Source: Chara braunii (lineage: Eukaryota > Plantae > Charophyceae). Taken from it: DNA of 53,836 bases. The stretch's first letter is position 1; each line of letters begins with the position of its first letter. The position numbers and the translations under genes are program-made. Below, in pieces: positions 52,516 to 53,836 of this stretch. The notes under the pieces were generated by a model, which made no database searches, was not told the DNA's origin, and worked only from the letters and a program-made list of their open reading frames with translations. Location: assembly GCA_003427395.1 (NCBI GenBank), contig BFEA01000004.1, positions 5,563,706 to 5,617,541 of the forward strand, read 5' to 3'.

Positions 52516-53437
52516 AAAATAAATAAATAAAAAAAGAAACCAAGGAAGGAAAAACACAAAAAAAGAAACCTGANAAAAAAGAAAAAAGAAAAAAGAAAAA
52601 TATGTTCTGTGGGATGGTAATTGGATTATCTGTGGGATGTGTCACTTGCTTCGGCTTTCTTCTTCTGTGAAGTTTGGTTTCCTCCGCCTTTTCTTTACCT
52701 CTTTGGCTTTTGGCTGCGTGCAAGTGGGTCTTTATGACACACGGGGATGGGGGCAGCCAGCGCTCAACCTGTCATCCACGTGGCTGGCCTAGTACGTAAG
52801 AGGTGACGAACAGGTGGGGCTTTCCTTCCTTGCTTCTTTTTCTTTTTCTTGTTCTGTCTTTTTCCGCCTATGCGCTCCGATTTCCACTGTGACAATATAT
52901 TGCAGCAGGTAGCGGTGCTTCATGTGGGACCAGTCATCCGTTTTTTTTTTTATTGTCTTGGCATCCTGGTTGGTTGTTTCCCGTTGTTTGGCCTTTTGAG
53001 CGTTGGGCGGTGCTTGATCGTCATCCGGGATGGGTTATTTTTGGTACTTTCTTTGATTTCTTTGCAGACAAGAATGTTTTGACATCCTGGTTGGTCTTGT
53101 CCCGTCGTTTGGCCTGTGGGCAAGGGCGGTGCTTGCATGTGGGACTTGTCATCTGGGATCTGGTTTGTTGCCCCCTTTCCTGTTTTATTTGGCTGTTCCC
53201 TTCCTCTCTTCTTTGCCTCTTTGCCTTTTGGCTGTGTGCAAGTGGGTGGATATGACAGACGGGGGTGGGGGCAGCCGCCGCTCAACCTACATCCACGTGG
53301 GCGGAGGTTCTGAACAGGGGGAGTTGTAAGGAAGAAGATTAAAAAGGAATTAAGGCTTTTTGGTTTTCCTTGTTTTCTTTCTGTTTTTTCGCTTTGGCGC
53401 TCTGATATCATGTGACGATATATATATACAATATATA

Positions 53438-53675
53438 CACAGCCCCTCGTTTGTTGTCCTCTTCTCTCTCTCTGCCTACGGTTTACCGGGCAGTTCTGTT
53501 TGTGACGATATATCGTTTGTTGTCCTGTTCTCCCTCTCTGCCTACGGTTTACCGGGCAGTTCTGTTTGTGACGATATATATATATATATATAGTTTGTCA
53601 CAGCCCCTCGTTTGTTGTCCTCTTCTCTCTCTCTGCCTACGGTTTTACCGGGCAGTTCTGTTTGTGACGATATAT
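53438..53675 (+). repeat. Three tandem ~60-75 bp units separated by (TA)n, each ending in a hairpin plus TGTGAC
   Basis: Near-identical units ...tcgtttgttgtcct.ttctc.ctctctgcctacggtttaccgggcagttctgtttgtgacgatata ending at 53506, 53572 and 53668. Confidence 0.9.
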
Positions 53676-53836
53676 ACTACGACTTCGCTAGCTTCCTGCT
53701 ACGTTTTTTTCCGGTCAGGTCGAGCGGCAGTGGTCAGGGCCATTACTAGGCGGCCATGCTGTGCCTCTAGTGCCAGCGGCGTGTCTGGAGTGTATTTTTT
53801 GGCTGTGACAGACCTTTCTTTGTTTCGTGGATGTTT

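Larger units (their letters stand above)
50190..53416 (+). mobile_element. 5'-truncated Penelope-like retroelement (PLE) in partial head-to-tail tandem arrangement
   Basis: PLE-type RT motifs, C-terminal cargo ORF, duplicated 3' terminal region (about 52655-52893 and 53190-53416), and a copy of the 3' terminus (50215-50266) directly abutting the truncated RT. Confidence 0.8.

Noticed and set aside
53438-53675. CRISPR-like repeat-spacer array
   Set aside because: Spacers are only (TA)n, repeats are too long, there are no cas genes and the context is eukaryotic.

Overview
Eukaryotic, repeat-rich nuclear scaffold: spliceosomal introns, microsatellites, nested transposon debris and three N-gaps. 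Gene content and transposon types suggest a green plant or streptophyte alga such as Chara; this is an inference, not proven. Host genes: the last two exons of a WD40/DUF2415-type gene (+, 2379-2481 and 5310-5435) and the first coding exon of a katanin p60 gene (+, 44379-44491; missed by the ORF track). The ~39 kb between them holds decayed Ty3/Gypsy gag, protease, RT and RNase H pieces with a nested 3.7 kb insertion, an L1 endonuclease remnant, a mitochondrial nad6 insertion (NUMT), tRNA-headed SINE-like repeats, foldback/MITE elements and a Nextera mate-pair adapter artefact. The most notable feature lies in the apparent first intron of katanin (~50190-53670): a 5'-truncated Penelope-like retroelement. 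Its RT appears to have been fused, through a Pro/Ser linker, to a Josephin (ataxin-3-like) deubiquitinase domain with an apparently intact Cys-His-Asp triad, followed by two tandem RING-like zinc fingers. It is flanked by head-to-tail terminal repeats ending in a small hairpin plus TGTGAC and (TA)n, and by a short array of ~60-75 bp mini-units with the same end. All family assignments are by eye from motifs; no database searches were run.
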